Assembly: GCA_031459935.1 (NCBI GenBank)
Contig: JAVKHN010000005.1
Location: forward strand, 8,102-72,101
Reading direction: 5' to 3'
Length of the DNA stretch: 64,000 nt
Source: Candidatus Sysuimicrobium calidum
GTDB lineage: Bacteria; Sysuimicrobiota; Sysuimicrobiia; Sysuimicrobiales; Sysuimicrobiaceae
Under the pieces are notes generated by a model, which saw only the letters and a list, made by a program, of their open reading frames with translations, had not been told where the DNA came from and searched no databases. Within the stretch, counting starts at the first letter, position 1, and each line of letters starts with the position of its first letter. Position numbers and translations under genes: made by a program. Shown piece after piece: positions 9,318 through 19,182 of this stretch.

Positions 9318-9731
9318 CTACACGTCCACGTACACCACCGCCACCCAGCGCTCCCCCTCCCGCTCCACCCGGGCCTGGTGATAGGTGGCAGCCTTCACCT
9401 CGATGCCCCGGGGGTGGCGGCCCGGATCGAAGGGTTCTCCGTACACCCGGGCCCGCAGGCGACCATCGGATACCTCCAGGACCTCGGCCTCACGGGCCAC
9501 CAGGCCATCCCGGGCGTTGAGGTAGAGGAGCTCGTTGAGCCACTCCACGGCCAGGGCCACCCGGTCCGGCGCCTCTAAGGCCACCTCCCAGACGCGCGCA
9601 GGGCGCACCGTCGCGGGGTCCGTGATGAGGGAAAACAGACCCGCGCACAGGTCCCGGAACAGGCCCTCCAGGGTCTCTGCCTCCACCCGCAGACCAGCTT
9701 CCGCGGTGTGCTCCAGGACCTCGAACGGCAT
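9318..9731 (-). CDS. archease
   Basis: 137 aa MPFEVLEHTAEAGLRVEAETLEGLFRD...ATYHQARVEREGERWVAVVYVDV, typical archease length and motifs. Confidence 0.85.
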   Translation of the reverse strand: MPFEVLEHTAEAGLRVEAETLEGLFRDLCAGLFSLITDPATVRPARVWEVALEAPDRVALAVEWLNELLYLNARDGLVAREAEVLEVSDGRLRARVYGEPFDPGRHPRGIEVKAATYHQARVEREGERWVAVVYVDV

Positions 9732-10664
9732 CTACGAGACCGCCGCCTCGCTTGTGGAATCGCCCTCTGAGACCTGTGGCGCCTGCGTGCCCGTGAGCAG
9801 ATCGAAGAAGGTGCGCAGCAGAGCGTTCAGCCGCTTCTCCCCGTGCCGCACCGCCCACAGGGTACGCACGGGCCGGAAGTCCGGGACCTCCAGGACCACC
9901 ACCCACCCCGCCCGCACAGCCCCCTCCGCCGCGATCCGGGAAACGATGCCCACCCCCAGGTTCGCCGCCGCGGCCCGGATCACTGCCTCCGTGCTAGGCA
10001 GCTCCATGACAGGGCTGATGGGAAGGCCTAGGTTGCGGAAAGCCTGCTCCACCACCTCCCGGGTGCCGCTCCCCCGCTCCCGGAGGATGAGCCGCTCCTG
10101 TACCAGCTCTTTGGCGGTGAGCTCCCCGCGCCTCGCCACGGCACTATCGGGGGCCGCCACGGGCACCAACTCGTCCGTGCGGTAGGGGACGTAGATCAGG
10201 GCCTCATGGCGGAGGCTGGGGCCCACGATGCCGCAGTCCAGCTCGTTGCGGAGGATCCTCTCCTGGATCCGGCGGGCCTCGTGGATCTCCAGGGTGATAA
10301 AAGCCTCCGGGAATCTCGACCGGAGCTCCCGGAGGACCGGGGGAAGCAGGTAGGTGCCCGCGGTAGACTCCGCGCCCACCCGGAGGGTCCCCCCTGAGGA
10401 ACCCTGCACCTCCCGCACCGCCTGCTCCGCCTCCTCCAGCAAGCTCAGGATGCGGGAGGCGTACTCCTCCAGGATCTTTCCGGCCTCCGTGAGGTAGGTG
10501 CGCTTGCCGATCTGCTCGAAGAGCTCCACCCCTAGGGCTCGCTCCAGGTCCCGTACCTGGATGCTCACGGAGGGCTGGGTGATCCCCAGAGCTTCCGCGG
10601 CCCGGGAGAAGGACCCGGCCCGGGCCACGGTATGGAAGATCTTGAGCTGGTGAACGTTCAGCAT
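9732..10664 (-). CDS. LysR-family transcriptional regulator
   Basis: N-terminal HTH (LKIFHTVARAGSFSRAAEALGITQPSVSIQVRDLE) plus LysR substrate-binding domain. Divergent from selD. Confidence 0.85.
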   Translation of the reverse strand: MLNVHQLKIFHTVARAGSFSRAAEALGITQPSVSIQVRDLERALGVELFEQIGKRTYLTEAGKILEEYASRILSLLEEAEQAVREVQGSSGGTLRVGAESTAGTYLLPPVLRELRSRFPEAFITLEIHEARRIQERILRNELDCGIVGPSLRHEALIYVPYRTDELVPVAAPDSAVARRGELTAKELVQERLILRERGSGTREVVEQAFRNLGLPISPVMELPSTEAVIRAAAANLGVGIVSRIAAEGAVRAGWVVVLEVPDFRPVRTLWAVRHGEKRLNALLRTFFDLLTGTQAPQVSEGDSTSEAAVS

Positions 10665-10775
10665 CCCCTACCTGCACTATACGCGAGGGAATTCCCCCTC
10701 ACCAGAGGGAGAAACGCGCGTCTTCGACCTTTCGTGGGATAATAGGCTTTGAGGAAGAGTCCCCCGGAGGGTCCT

Positions 10776-11825
10776 TTGAACGAACGGGAGAGGGTACGGC
10801 TCACCAGCCTCGTGGACTGCGCGGGTTGAGCGTCCAAGCTGGGTCCGGAGGACCTCGCTCAGATCCTGGCATGGATCCCGCCGACCCCAGACCCCAACCT
10901 CCTGGTGGGGCTGGAGGCCCGGGATGACGCCGCGGTCTATTGGCTGGACGCCCAACGGGCCATCGTCCTCACCATCGACGTGTTCACGCCGGTGGTGGAC
11001 GACCCCTATGCCTACGGGGCCATCGCGGCCGCCAACAGTCTCTCGGACATTTACGCCATGGGGGCCCGGCCGTTTCTGGCCCTCAACCTCCTCGCCTACC
11101 CCCAGGGCCGGCTGGCCCAGGAGGTGGTGGCGGAGATCGTCCGGGGGGGTACGGAGAAGATGCGGGAGGCGGGAGTGGTGGTGGCGGGCGGGCACTCCCT
11201 CGATGACCCGCAACCCAAGTTCGGGTACGTGGTCACGGGTTTCGTCCACCCGGAGCGGGTGATCACCAACGCGGGTGCCCGACCCGGAGACCGTCTCCTC
11301 CTCACCAAGCCCCTCGGAATCGGGGTGATCACCACGGGGATCAAGCGGGAGCGGGCCGGTCCGGAGGCGGTGGAGGCCGCGACCCGGGTGATGCTGGAGC
11401 TCAACCGGGCCGCCTCGGAGGCCATGACGGAGGTCGGCGTGCACGCGTGCACCGATGTCACCGGTTACGGGCTCGTGGGCCACCTGCGCGAGCTGGCGGC
11501 GGCCTCCCGGGTGGATGTGCGGGTGTATGCCTCCCGCGTTCCCGTCCTGGAGGAGGCCTGGGACCTCGCCCGGGAGGGCGTTTTTCCCGGTGGCACGCAC
11601 CGCAACCGGCGCGCAGCCTCCCGGTACACCTGGTGGCATCCCGAACTCGATGAGACCCTCCAGCTCCTGCTGTGCGACGCGCAGACGAGCGGTGGGCTGC
11701 TGATGGCGGTCGGCCCGGATCGGCTGGAGGCCCTGCGGGCGGCTCTGAGCGCGCGGGGCGCGCGGGCTGCGGAGGTCGGAGAGGTCCTGGCGGAGGGGGA
11801 GGGGCGGATCGAGGTGGTGCCGTGA
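10776..11825 (+). CDS. selD: selenide, water dikinase (selenophosphate synthetase) with in-frame UGA selenocysteine codon
   Basis: Track ORF 10905..11825 is the first alternative start after an in-frame TGA at ~10827-10829. Reading through gives (TTG ~10776) [55 protein letters not shown]..., colinear with E. coli SelD [23 protein letters not shown]...DPNLLVGNETRDDAAVY. UGA sits at the catalytic Cys/Sec position. AIR-synthase-related fold follows. Confidence 0.8.
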
Positions 11826-12003
11826 GGCGAACGCTTGAGCGGGTTGACGGGACAGGGCCCGCGTGGAAGCTAGAGGTGAGCCGCCCCTCGGCGAACAACG
11901 GTGCGGAATCTCCTCCTCGTTCTTCGCCGTGCACCCGTCGCTCCGTGGTCCCTACCGGCGTGCGTACTGGGGAGGTTCGCCCGTGCGACAGCACCGTCCG
12001 GCC

Positions 12004-12249
12004 ATGGATCCCCGGCTCCTGCAGGACGAGCGGTTCGGGCGCCTGAGTGCTGCAGCCAAGCTCCTGTGGTATCACCTTGCGTTCTCTTGCCCGCACGTGG
12101 GGCTCTCCCTGAACGAGATCTGCCAGGGGCTGGTGGAGCTGGGAGACCCTGAGCTCCTGGGGTACCTCTGCCGGTACGCCATGCCGCACGAACCTGAGGA
12201 GGAGGGAGCACCATGCCCAGACGGAGGACGGCGGCATCGGGCTCGGTAG
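12004..12249 (+). CDS. hypothetical small protein
   Basis: Part of ORF 11863..12249 (MDPRLLQDERFGRLSAAAKLLWYHLAFSCPHVGLSLNEICQGLVELGDPELLGYLCRYAM...). No recognisable family. Start uncertain. Confidence 0.3.
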   Translation: MDPRLLQDERFGRLSAAAKLLWYHLAFSCPHVGLSLNEICQGLVELGDPELLGYLCRYAMPHEPEEEGAPCPDGGRRHRAR

Positions 12250-13055
12250 CGTCCCCACAGGCCTTTCCCTTTGCGGACCCCCACAGGGGTCAGGAGCTCC
12301 TGTTCACCGTGGTGCCCGTGGACCGGCTGGAGGTCATCGCCCACCAGCGTAAACCCAGCACCGGACTCGTGCGGCGTCTGATGACCTCCATCGAGCGGCT
12401 GGGGTTCCTCGTGCCCGTGGTGGCGGTGCCCAAACCGGGCCGCAAGGGGGAGTACGTGATCATCGACGGCCAGCACCGGTTCCTGGCGGCCCGGGAGCTG
12501 GGGCTAGAGGAGCTGCCGGTGATCGTGGTGCCGGAGGCCCTTGCGGAGCGCATGATGAACCTCAACATCGAGAAGGAGCCCAACATCCGGGAGAAGGCCC
12601 ACGTGGCCCTGGCCATCTACCGCCAGCACCTCCAGGCCCGGCCGGAACAGTCTGAGAGCGACCCGGAGATCGTGGACACCCTGGAGCACCCGTACTTCGT
12701 GACCCTCGGGATCGCCTACGAGCAGCAGGAGAAGCTGGTGGGCAGCGCCTTCGAGCAGCTCCTGCGGCGGTGCGACGGGTTTGTGCCGGAGCCCCTGCGC
12801 ACCGCCTACGAGATCCGCACCCGGCGGGCCGCGAAGCTGCTGGAGGCGGACCGGCTCGTGCGCGCGGTGGCGGCTCGCCTGCGGGAGACGGGCACCTGGC
12901 ACCCCTACGTCTACCATCAGATCGTTACTGCCGCAAACCCTCACCGCCGCAAGCGCACGCCCGTGGCGTTCGATGCCCTCTTCGACGTGCTCCTCGAGCG
13001 GCTCCGGGAGCTCGAGCGAGATCCGCAGCGGGCGCTCGGGGAGGCACAAAGCTAG
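12213..13055 (+). CDS. ParB-like nuclease (ParB/Srx N-terminal) domain protein
   Basis: YVIIDGQHRFLAARELG motif of the ParB/sulfiredoxin fold. No C-terminal HTH or dimerisation domain typical of partition ParB. 280 aa. Confidence 0.55.
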   Translation: MPRRRTAASGSVASPQAFPFADPHRGQELLFTVVPVDRLEVIAHQRKPSTGLVRRLMTSIERLGFLVPVVAVPKPGRKGEYVIIDGQHRFLAARELGLEELPVIVVPEALAERMMNLNIEKEPNIREKAHVALAIYRQHLQARPEQSESDPEIVDTLEHPYFVTLGIAYEQQEKLVGSAFEQLLRRCDGFVPEPLRTAYEIRTRRAAKLLEADRLVRAVAARLRETGTWHPYVYHQIVTAANPHRRKRTPVAFDALFDVLLERLRELERDPQRALGEAQS

Positions 13056-14485
13056 TCCCACTCCGGCCAAAATCGCACGTCCTCACGGCGATAGGGAAAC
13101 GGCGGCGTCCAGTCCGGGGGCGGAGGAGAGTACCGAGCTGGATCCAGGTCCGGGTTCTCTGCTACAGCACCCGCGTGCACATTGAGGAAGACCCCACCGA
13201 GGGTCACCCGCTCGACCTGCTCCAAGGGGATCACCACGCTCCGCTCCCGCAGGGGACCCGCAGGGTGAGGAGGTGCGCCCGCGTCTGGAAAGTCGCCGTG
13301 CACCACCACCGCTTCCACCCGACGGCTTGCGGGATCGATCACCGCCGCCTCCACCCGGCCCACCTCCACGTCCGTGGCGAACACGGGTTGTCCCACCTCC
13401 GGCTGCACCACCCGGGCCCAGCGTTCCGGGATCCCGGGAGCCGCCAGGCGGTTGCTGACCGCCCGTACCCCGGGCAGGGCCGCCACCGTGCGCTCCACTT
13501 CCCGTGCATCCTCCAGGGTGGGCGCAGAGCCTGTGAGCTCCACGATCCCCTCCCGCACCCGGACGTGTACGGGGAGAGGCCGGACCTTCGGGTTAGCCAC
13601 CAACGCGGCGGAGACCTGCTGGAGCAGTTCGAGGTCCACCACCAGCCGGTTCTCCACACCCAGCACACCCGGGACAGAGCGGGCCAGGATCTCGGCGCGG
13701 GCCGCGAGGGTGCGGTTGTGCACGTGTCCCCACAGGGACACGATCCCGTCCTCCACCTTGACTCGGATGGGCAGCCCCAGCACCCGCAGCAGCTCATCGC
13801 GGTGCAGGGCTTCCTCCACGTCCCGCGCGAGCTCATCGTCGGGACGGTAGACGGGGAGGTGCGCCACCGCCTCCCGGGAGGCCTCGAGGATCACCGCGCC
13901 TGGAGTGATGGTGCTCACCCAGTCCGCGGGAACCGCCACGTCCCGGGAGAACAACAGCCCCTGGCGGACCACCAGGTGCCGGACCTTCCCGGTGTTCGCG
14001 TCCACCAGGACCACATCCACCCGCCCGATAGGGCCGTCGTGGCACAGCACCCGCTGCCCCCGCCGGATGGTGACGGAGGGCTCCCCGGGCCGGGCTTCCG
14101 CCTCCGCCTCCACCCGGCGTTCCATTCCTTCCATCCGGCGCAGCGGCCCCGGAAGCCACAACAGCGCGCCACCCGATCGCAATCCCTTCCAGCCGGGCCA
14201 GGTTAGGCTTGCGGGCGCGTGATCCGCGGGCCGGTAGGGCTCCAGGTGGTCGAGGTCGGAAAGCCCCAGCGTGAGGCGGACCACCTCCTCCGTGGCGTCC
14301 GCCACGCGGTCCGCGGGCACGAGGACCTCGCGGCCTGTAAGATCCCGCACCACCAGGGCCGTGATCCGCCGCTCCCGCGGGCTCACCACCACCTGGGTGA
14401 CCTGCCCCGCGGGTCCGTCCGCGGCCTCCACCCGGGCACCGAGCCGGAACTCCAGCCGACGGATCTCGGGATCGGGCGTGCCCAT
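13052..14485 (-). CDS. PRC-barrel and BON domain protein
   Basis: Internal start MGTPDPEIRRLEF at ~14485 within ORF 13052..14806. Three PRC-barrel-like segments (e.g. VTQVVVSPRERRITALVVRD) and two BON segments (IRVKVEDGIVSLWGHVHNRTLAARAEILARSVPGVLGVENRLVV). Confidence 0.55.
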   Translation of the reverse strand: MGTPDPEIRRLEFRLGARVEAADGPAGQVTQVVVSPRERRITALVVRDLTGREVLVPADRVADATEEVVRLTLGLSDLDHLEPYRPADHAPASLTWPGWKGLRSGGALLWLPGPLRRMEGMERRVEAEAEARPGEPSVTIRRGQRVLCHDGPIGRVDVVLVDANTGKVRHLVVRQGLLFSRDVAVPADWVSTITPGAVILEASREAVAHLPVYRPDDELARDVEEALHRDELLRVLGLPIRVKVEDGIVSLWGHVHNRTLAARAEILARSVPGVLGVENRLVVDLELLQQVSAALVANPKVRPLPVHVRVREGIVELTGSAPTLEDAREVERTVAALPGVRAVSNRLAAPGIPERWARVVQPEVGQPVFATDVEVGRVEAAVIDPASRRVEAVVVHGDFPDAGAPPHPAGPLRERSVVIPLEQVERVTLGGVFLNVHAGAVAENPDLDPARYSPPPPDWTPPFPYRREDVRFWPEWD

Positions 14486-14522
14486 GCTATCCTCTTCGTG
14501 AATCCCCCGCAGGGAGTGTTGG

Positions 14523-15389
14523 GTGAGCGCGATGAGCGTCCTCGACGTGCTCTGGCTGTTCTTTATCATATCCGCCCTGCAGCCCCTGGTCCAACGCCGG
14601 TGGCTGGAGGCGGCCCGGCTGCGCCTGCTGCGGGAGCTGGAGCGCAAGCGCAACAGCCGCGTCATCGCCCTCATCCACCGGCAGGAGACCATGAGTCTAT
14701 TGGGCTTCCCCATCGTGCGGTACATCGACATCCAGGACTCCGAGGAGGTCCTGCGGGCCATCCGGCTTACCCCGCCGGAGATGCCCGTCGACCTCATCCT
14801 GCACACCCCCGGCGGGCTCGTGCTGGCCGCGGAGCAGATCGCCCGGGCACTGCGGGAACGACCAGGGAAGGTGACGGTGTTCGTGCCGCACTATGCCATG
14901 TCCGGCGGTACCCTGATCGCCCTCGCCGCGGACGAGATCGTGATGGACCCGCACGCGGTGCTGGGGCCCGTGGATCCGCAGCTGGGCCAGTTCCCCGCGG
15001 CCAGCATCGTGAAGGTCTTGCAGACCAAGACCCTCAACGAGGTGGAGGACCAGACCATCATCCTCGCGGACATCGCGGAGAAGGCCCTTCGGCAGGTGCG
15101 GGAGACGGTCCGGGAGCTCCTGTCGGACAAGCTCCCGCCCGAGCGGGCGGAGGCGGCGGCCGAGCTGCTGTCCTCGGGACGGTGGACCCACGACTACCCC
15201 ATCACCGTGGAGGAGGTGCGGGCCCTGGGGCTCCGGGTCTCCACGGACATGCCCCGGGAGATCTACACCCTCATGGACCTCTACCCGCAGGCTCCGCAGC
15301 GCCGACCCTCTGTGGAGTATGTCCCCGTCCCCTACCGCCCGCCCGCGCCCGTGCGCACTCCGGGCGGGGACGGGCGGCGGGAGGCGTGA
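14523..15389 (+). CDS. SDH-family (ClpP-fold) serine protease
   Basis: N-terminal TM helix, GGLVLAAEQIARAL...MSGGTLIALAADEIVM resembling the serine dehydrogenase proteinase / ClpP-like periplasmic protease family. Confidence 0.55.
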   Translation: MSAMSVLDVLWLFFIISALQPLVQRRWLEAARLRLLRELERKRNSRVIALIHRQETMSLLGFPIVRYIDIQDSEEVLRAIRLTPPEMPVDLILHTPGGLVLAAEQIARALRERPGKVTVFVPHYAMSGGTLIALAADEIVMDPHAVLGPVDPQLGQFPAASIVKVLQTKTLNEVEDQTIILADIAEKALRQVRETVRELLSDKLPPERAEAAAELLSSGRWTHDYPITVEEVRALGLRVSTDMPREIYTLMDLYPQAPQRRPSVEYVPVPYRPPAPVRTPGGDGRREA

Positions 15390-15391
15390 GG

Positions 15392-16039
15392 TCACTCCTG
15401 TCCGATCAGGGCCGGGTCCTCCGAGGGAAGCTGGAGGTAGCAGGTGTCGTTGACGGTAACGATGCGGGTTTTCTCCGGCGAGGTGGCCTCGATGAGGTTG
15501 ATCGCACCGTTGTGCTGCTGGAGGCGGAAGTAGGCGCTGAGGGGCGCTCCGAGCAGGGTAAGGAGAATCAGGCGGTTGATGCCCGCATGCGAAACCACCA
15601 CCACGGTCTCGCCGGGGTGCTCTGTCACGATGCGCCAAAAGGCCCGCATGGCCCGTTCCCGGGCCTCCTCCAGGGTCTCCCCACCCGGGAGGCGCACGCG
15701 GGCCGGATTCTGCCACCACCGGCGCACGAGCTCCCCCACCTCCGCCTCCATCTCCTCCACCCGGAGGCCGTCGAGGATCCCGTGGTTCAGCTCCACCAGA
15801 TCTGGCTCCAGGATGGGCTCTAGCCCGTGTGGAGCCGCGATGCGCTCCGCGCCCCACCGGCACCGCTCGAGGGGGCTGCTGTACACCGCGGCCACGGGTT
15901 CCTGAGCGAGGGCCGCCGCCAGCCGCCGCATCTGGTGTCGGCCGAGGGGCGTGAGGGGGGAGTCAGAGCGGCCCTGGTAGCGGCGTTGGGCATTCCACTC
16001 CGTCTGCCCGTGACGCACCAGGAACACCCGGGTGGTCAT
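15392..16039 (-). CDS. histidine phosphatase family protein (phosphoglycerate mutase-like)
   Basis: Internal start MTTRVFLVRHGQTEWN (RHG catalytic motif), later SHAG motif. ATGA overlap with rsgA stop. Confidence 0.75.
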   Translation of the reverse strand: MTTRVFLVRHGQTEWNAQRRYQGRSDSPLTPLGRHQMRRLAAALAQEPVAAVYSSPLERCRWGAERIAAPHGLEPILEPDLVELNHGILDGLRVEEMEAEVGELVRRWWQNPARVRLPGGETLEEARERAMRAFWRIVTEHPGETVVVVSHAGINRLILLTLLGAPLSAYFRLQQHNGAINLIEATSPEKTRIVTVNDTCYLQLPSEDPALIGQE

Positions 16040-16956
16040 GCGTATCGCTCCCGCTCCGCCTCCTCCGCCTCCAGGAGCATGCGCACGTAGCTCTCGTATC
16101 GAGTGAGGGGGATCTCCCCGGCCTCTACCGCTTGCCGGACCGCGCAACCCGGCTCCGTGCGGTGCAGGCAGTCCCTGAAGGCGCACGCCTCCGCCCGCTC
16201 CCGGATCTCCACAAAGCTCCGGCCGACCTCCGCGGGCCGGAGGTGCACGAACTCCAGGACCTGGACTCCCGGGGTGTCCACCACGAAGGCGTCCTCTCCC
16301 ACCACTACGAGCTCCGCGGCGGTGGTGGTGTGCCGCCCCCGTCCCGTGCGAGGGCTCACCTCCCCCACCCGGAGGCGGTGGGTGCGCAGCAGGGCGTTGA
16401 GGAGGCTGCTTTTGCCCACTCCGCTGGGCCCCACGATGACCGTGAGATGTCCACGCAGGATCTCCCGGAGGATCTCCAGGCCCTCCCCGGTGAGGGCACT
16501 CGTGCGCAGCACGGGGTAGCCGATGCGCTCGTACAGGGTCCCCAGCTCCCCGGGATCGCCCAGGTCCACCTTGTTAAAGCACAGGAAGGGGTGCAGGCCG
16601 CTGCCTTCCGCCAGGGCCAGGAAACGGTCGATGGCGTGGGGGTCCGGGTCGGGCCGGCGGCTGGCGAACACCACGCAGGCCTGGTCCACGTTCGCGGCGA
16701 TGACCTGGAGGCGGTGGGGATCCGCTGCCGCGGGCTTGGTGAGCTGCTGGGTCCGCGGCAGCACCTCCTCGATGATCCCCTCCTCCGCGGAGAGGGGCAC
16801 AAACCGCACCCGATCCCCCGGCACAATGCGGCCGGGGACCTCTCCCTCCGCGACGCGACGGCGCAGCTTCCCCCGAGCCACGCACCGGTAGGTGTGGCCC
16901 CCGTGGTGCACGAAGAAAAAGCCGCCCACGGCCTTGGTGACGATCCCTTCCTGCAT
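16036..16956 (-). CDS. rsgA: ribosome small-subunit-dependent GTPase A
   Basis: Start MQEGIVTKAVGGFFFVHHGG (OB fold). FNKVDL, GPSGVGKSSLLNAL, and C-terminal CxxC...H...C zinc motif (CAFRDCLHRTEPGC). Confidence 0.85.
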   Translation of the reverse strand: MQEGIVTKAVGGFFFVHHGGHTYRCVARGKLRRRVAEGEVPGRIVPGDRVRFVPLSAEEGIIEEVLPRTQQLTKPAAADPHRLQVIAANVDQACVVFASRRPDPDPHAIDRFLALAEGSGLHPFLCFNKVDLGDPGELGTLYERIGYPVLRTSALTGEGLEILREILRGHLTVIVGPSGVGKSSLLNALLRTHRLRVGEVSPRTGRGRHTTTAAELVVVGEDAFVVDTPGVQVLEFVHLRPAEVGRSFVEIRERAEACAFRDCLHRTEPGCAVRQAVEAGEIPLTRYESYVRMLLEAEEAERERYA

Positions 16957-16995
16957 GCGCCATCCTAGGAAGTTGGCGATGGAGGTGGAAATCCC

Positions 16996-17925
16996 TTGTC
17001 CATGATCGTGGTGGAAGCGCAAAACCTGGTCAAGCGGTTCGGAACGGTCCGGGCGGTGGACGACATCTCCTTCGAGGTCCGCGCGGGCGAGTGCTTCGGG
17101 TTTCTGGGCCCCAACGGCGCAGGCAAGACCACCACCATGAAGATGATCTACTGCGCGGTCCGGCCCACGGACGGCGTGCTGCGGGTCTTCAGCCTGGACG
17201 TCCAGCGGCACCCCCGGCGCATCAAGCAGCAGATCGGGGTGGTCCACCAGGCCACCACCCTGGACGAGGCCCTCACGGTCCGGGAGAACCTCCTGGTGTA
17301 CGGCCGGTACTACGGGTTGAGCTGGGCGGAGGCGGCCCGACGGGCGGAGCAGCTGCTGGACTTCGTGGAGCTTGCTGGCCGCGCCCACGAGCGCATCCCG
17401 CGCTTAAGCGGCGGGATGCAGCGCCGGTTGATGATCGCCCGGGCCCTCATCAGCGAACCGCGCCTGCTGATCCTGGACGAGCCCACCACGGGGTTAGACC
17501 CGCAGGCCCGGCACGCGGTGTGGGAGCGGCTGCGCCAGCTCAAGCGGGCAGGCATCACCCAGATCCTCACCACCCACTACATGGAGGAGGCGGAGCAGCT
17601 GTGCGACCGGGTGGCCATCGTGGACGGCGGCCGCATCGTGGCGGAGGGCCCGCCCCGGGAGCTCGTGGAGCGGTACGCGGGGCGAGAGGTGGTGGAGGTC
17701 CAGCTCGCGCCGGACGGCCCCGCGGCCGCGGTGGTGGAGCGGCTGCGCCCGCTCGCGGAGGCTCACGAGGTGACAGGGGACCGGGTCCTGCTGCATACCC
17801 GGGACGGGGAGCGGGTGGTGCACCAGATGCGGAGCCTCGACCTCCCCATCGAGGGCGTGACCCTGCGGCGTGCCACCCTGGAAGATGTGTTTTTGCGGCT
17901 CACGGGAAGGAGGCTGCGGGAGTGA
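16996..17925 (+). CDS. ABC transporter ATP-binding protein (ABC-2 type)
   Basis: Walker [10 protein letters not shown], signature LSGGMQRR, Walker B LLILDEPT. Confidence 0.85.
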   Translation: MSMIVVEAQNLVKRFGTVRAVDDISFEVRAGECFGFLGPNGAGKTTTMKMIYCAVRPTDGVLRVFSLDVQRHPRRIKQQIGVVHQATTLDEALTVRENLLVYGRYYGLSWAEAARRAEQLLDFVELAGRAHERIPRLSGGMQRRLMIARALISEPRLLILDEPTTGLDPQARHAVWERLRQLKRAGITQILTTHYMEEAEQLCDRVAIVDGGRIVAEGPPRELVERYAGREVVEVQLAPDGPAAAVVERLRPLAEAHEVTGDRVLLHTRDGERVVHQMRSLDLPIEGVTLRRATLEDVFLRLTGRRLRE

Positions 17926-18686
17926 TGGACGTTTCCCTGCGCGGCGCGTTTCGCTTCTGGCAGCGCAACCTCCTCCTCTTCCGGCGGATCTTCCTCACCG
18001 CCCTGCCGGAGAACTTCCTGGAGCCCGTGCTCTACCTGGTGGCCCTGGGGGTGGGGCTGGGGAGCTACCTGCGGGAGGTGGACGGCATCCCCTACGTGGC
18101 CTTCGTGGCCACGGGGCTTGCGGCCTCCGCAGCCATGTACGGAGCCACCTTCGAGTGCACCTACAACGCCTACGTGCAGTTCGCCTACGACCGCGCCTAC
18201 GAGGCCATCATCACGACACCGCTATCCGCGGAGGATCTGGCGGTGGGGGAGGTGCTGTGGGGGGCGACCCGCAGCGTGATCTACGGGAGCGCCTTCCTGG
18301 CGGTGGCGGCCCTGTTCGGTGCGGTGCAGTCCCTGTGGGCCCTCCTGCTCCCCGCGGTGTTCTTCGTGGCAGGGCTGGTGTTCTCCGCGCTCGGGCTCGC
18401 CTTCACTGCCCTCACGCCCTCCATTGACCTGTTCACGTACTACTTCTCCCTGTGGATCACCCCTCAGTTCATGTTCAGCGGGATCTTCTTTCCGCTGGAG
18501 GCCCTCCCAAGGTGGGTGCAGCAGGCGGCCTGGTTTGCGCCCCTGTACCACGCGGTCCGCGCCACCCGGGCCTTCGCCTTCGGGGATCCTGCGGACGCCT
18601 GGGGAAGCCTCCTGTGGCTTACCCTTGCGGCCCTGGTGCTCCTTTCTGTCCCCGCGGTGCTGCTGCGGCGGCGCCTCGTCCAGTAA
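17925..18686 (+). CDS. ABC-2 family transporter permease
   Basis: ATGA-coupled to the ATPase gene. Six hydrophobic segments. Starts [23 protein letters not shown]. Confidence 0.8.
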   Translation: MDVSLRGAFRFWQRNLLLFRRIFLTALPENFLEPVLYLVALGVGLGSYLREVDGIPYVAFVATGLAASAAMYGATFECTYNAYVQFAYDRAYEAIITTPLSAEDLAVGEVLWGATRSVIYGSAFLAVAALFGAVQSLWALLLPAVFFVAGLVFSALGLAFTALTPSIDLFTYYFSLWITPQFMFSGIFFPLEALPRWVQQAAWFAPLYHAVRATRAFAFGDPADAWGSLLWLTLAALVLLSVPAVLLRRRLVQ

Positions 18687-19062
18687 GACGGAGGTAGCGG
18701 CGGTAGTACCGTTCCACGGTGCGCCGGTTGATCGTGAAATGGCGGGATCGCTCGGGTCGCAGGCCCCCGCTGAAGGTCTGCGGGATGTGCAGGAGCTCGT
18801 GGAGGATCACCCGGTCCTGCGCGTCCGGCGGAAGCCGGCCGAACCCGGGCTCCAGGAACTCGATGACGTAGGCGGGGCCGATGCCGAGGGCCTCCTGGAA
18901 GATGCGGGGAAGCCCCCAGATGCGGGCCCAGGCGTCTGTCCTTGCCCCGTAGGATCGGACACACACCACCCGGTCGAGCCGGACGTGATGGAACCCCAGG
19001 ACCTCCACGAACTCCACCAGGCGCGTGTGCAGGTCAGGAGCGGGGATCCACCGGACGGGCAT
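18619..19062 (-). CDS. putative zinc metallopeptidase (HExxH; SprT/DUF45-like)
   Basis: 147 aa with RVILHELLHI HExxH motif. 3' tail overlaps the end of the permease gene (convergent). Confidence 0.45.
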   Translation of the reverse strand: MPVRWIPAPDLHTRLVEFVEVLGFHHVRLDRVVCVRSYGARTDAWARIWGLPRIFQEALGIGPAYVIEFLEPGFGRLPPDAQDRVILHELLHIPQTFSGGLRPERSRHFTINRRTVERYYRRYLRLTGRGAAAAAPRGQKGAPGPQG

Positions 19063-19182
19063 GGGGTGCTTTACGTGTGCCTGGAGATCAAGCCAGGCAC
19101 TTCCTTAGACAGTCTTTCGTGAACCCGCAATGGCGAACCGGAACGCCGCATGCCCGCAAGGCAGCTCCCACGATGTGTTCGA

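Noticed and set aside
10742-10905. Possible frameshift at the selD N-terminus
   Set aside because: On careful re-reading, the frame is continuous from the TTG at ~10776 through the UGA into the 10905 ORF (…[22 protein letters not shown]…). The apparent shift was a transcription slip on my part.
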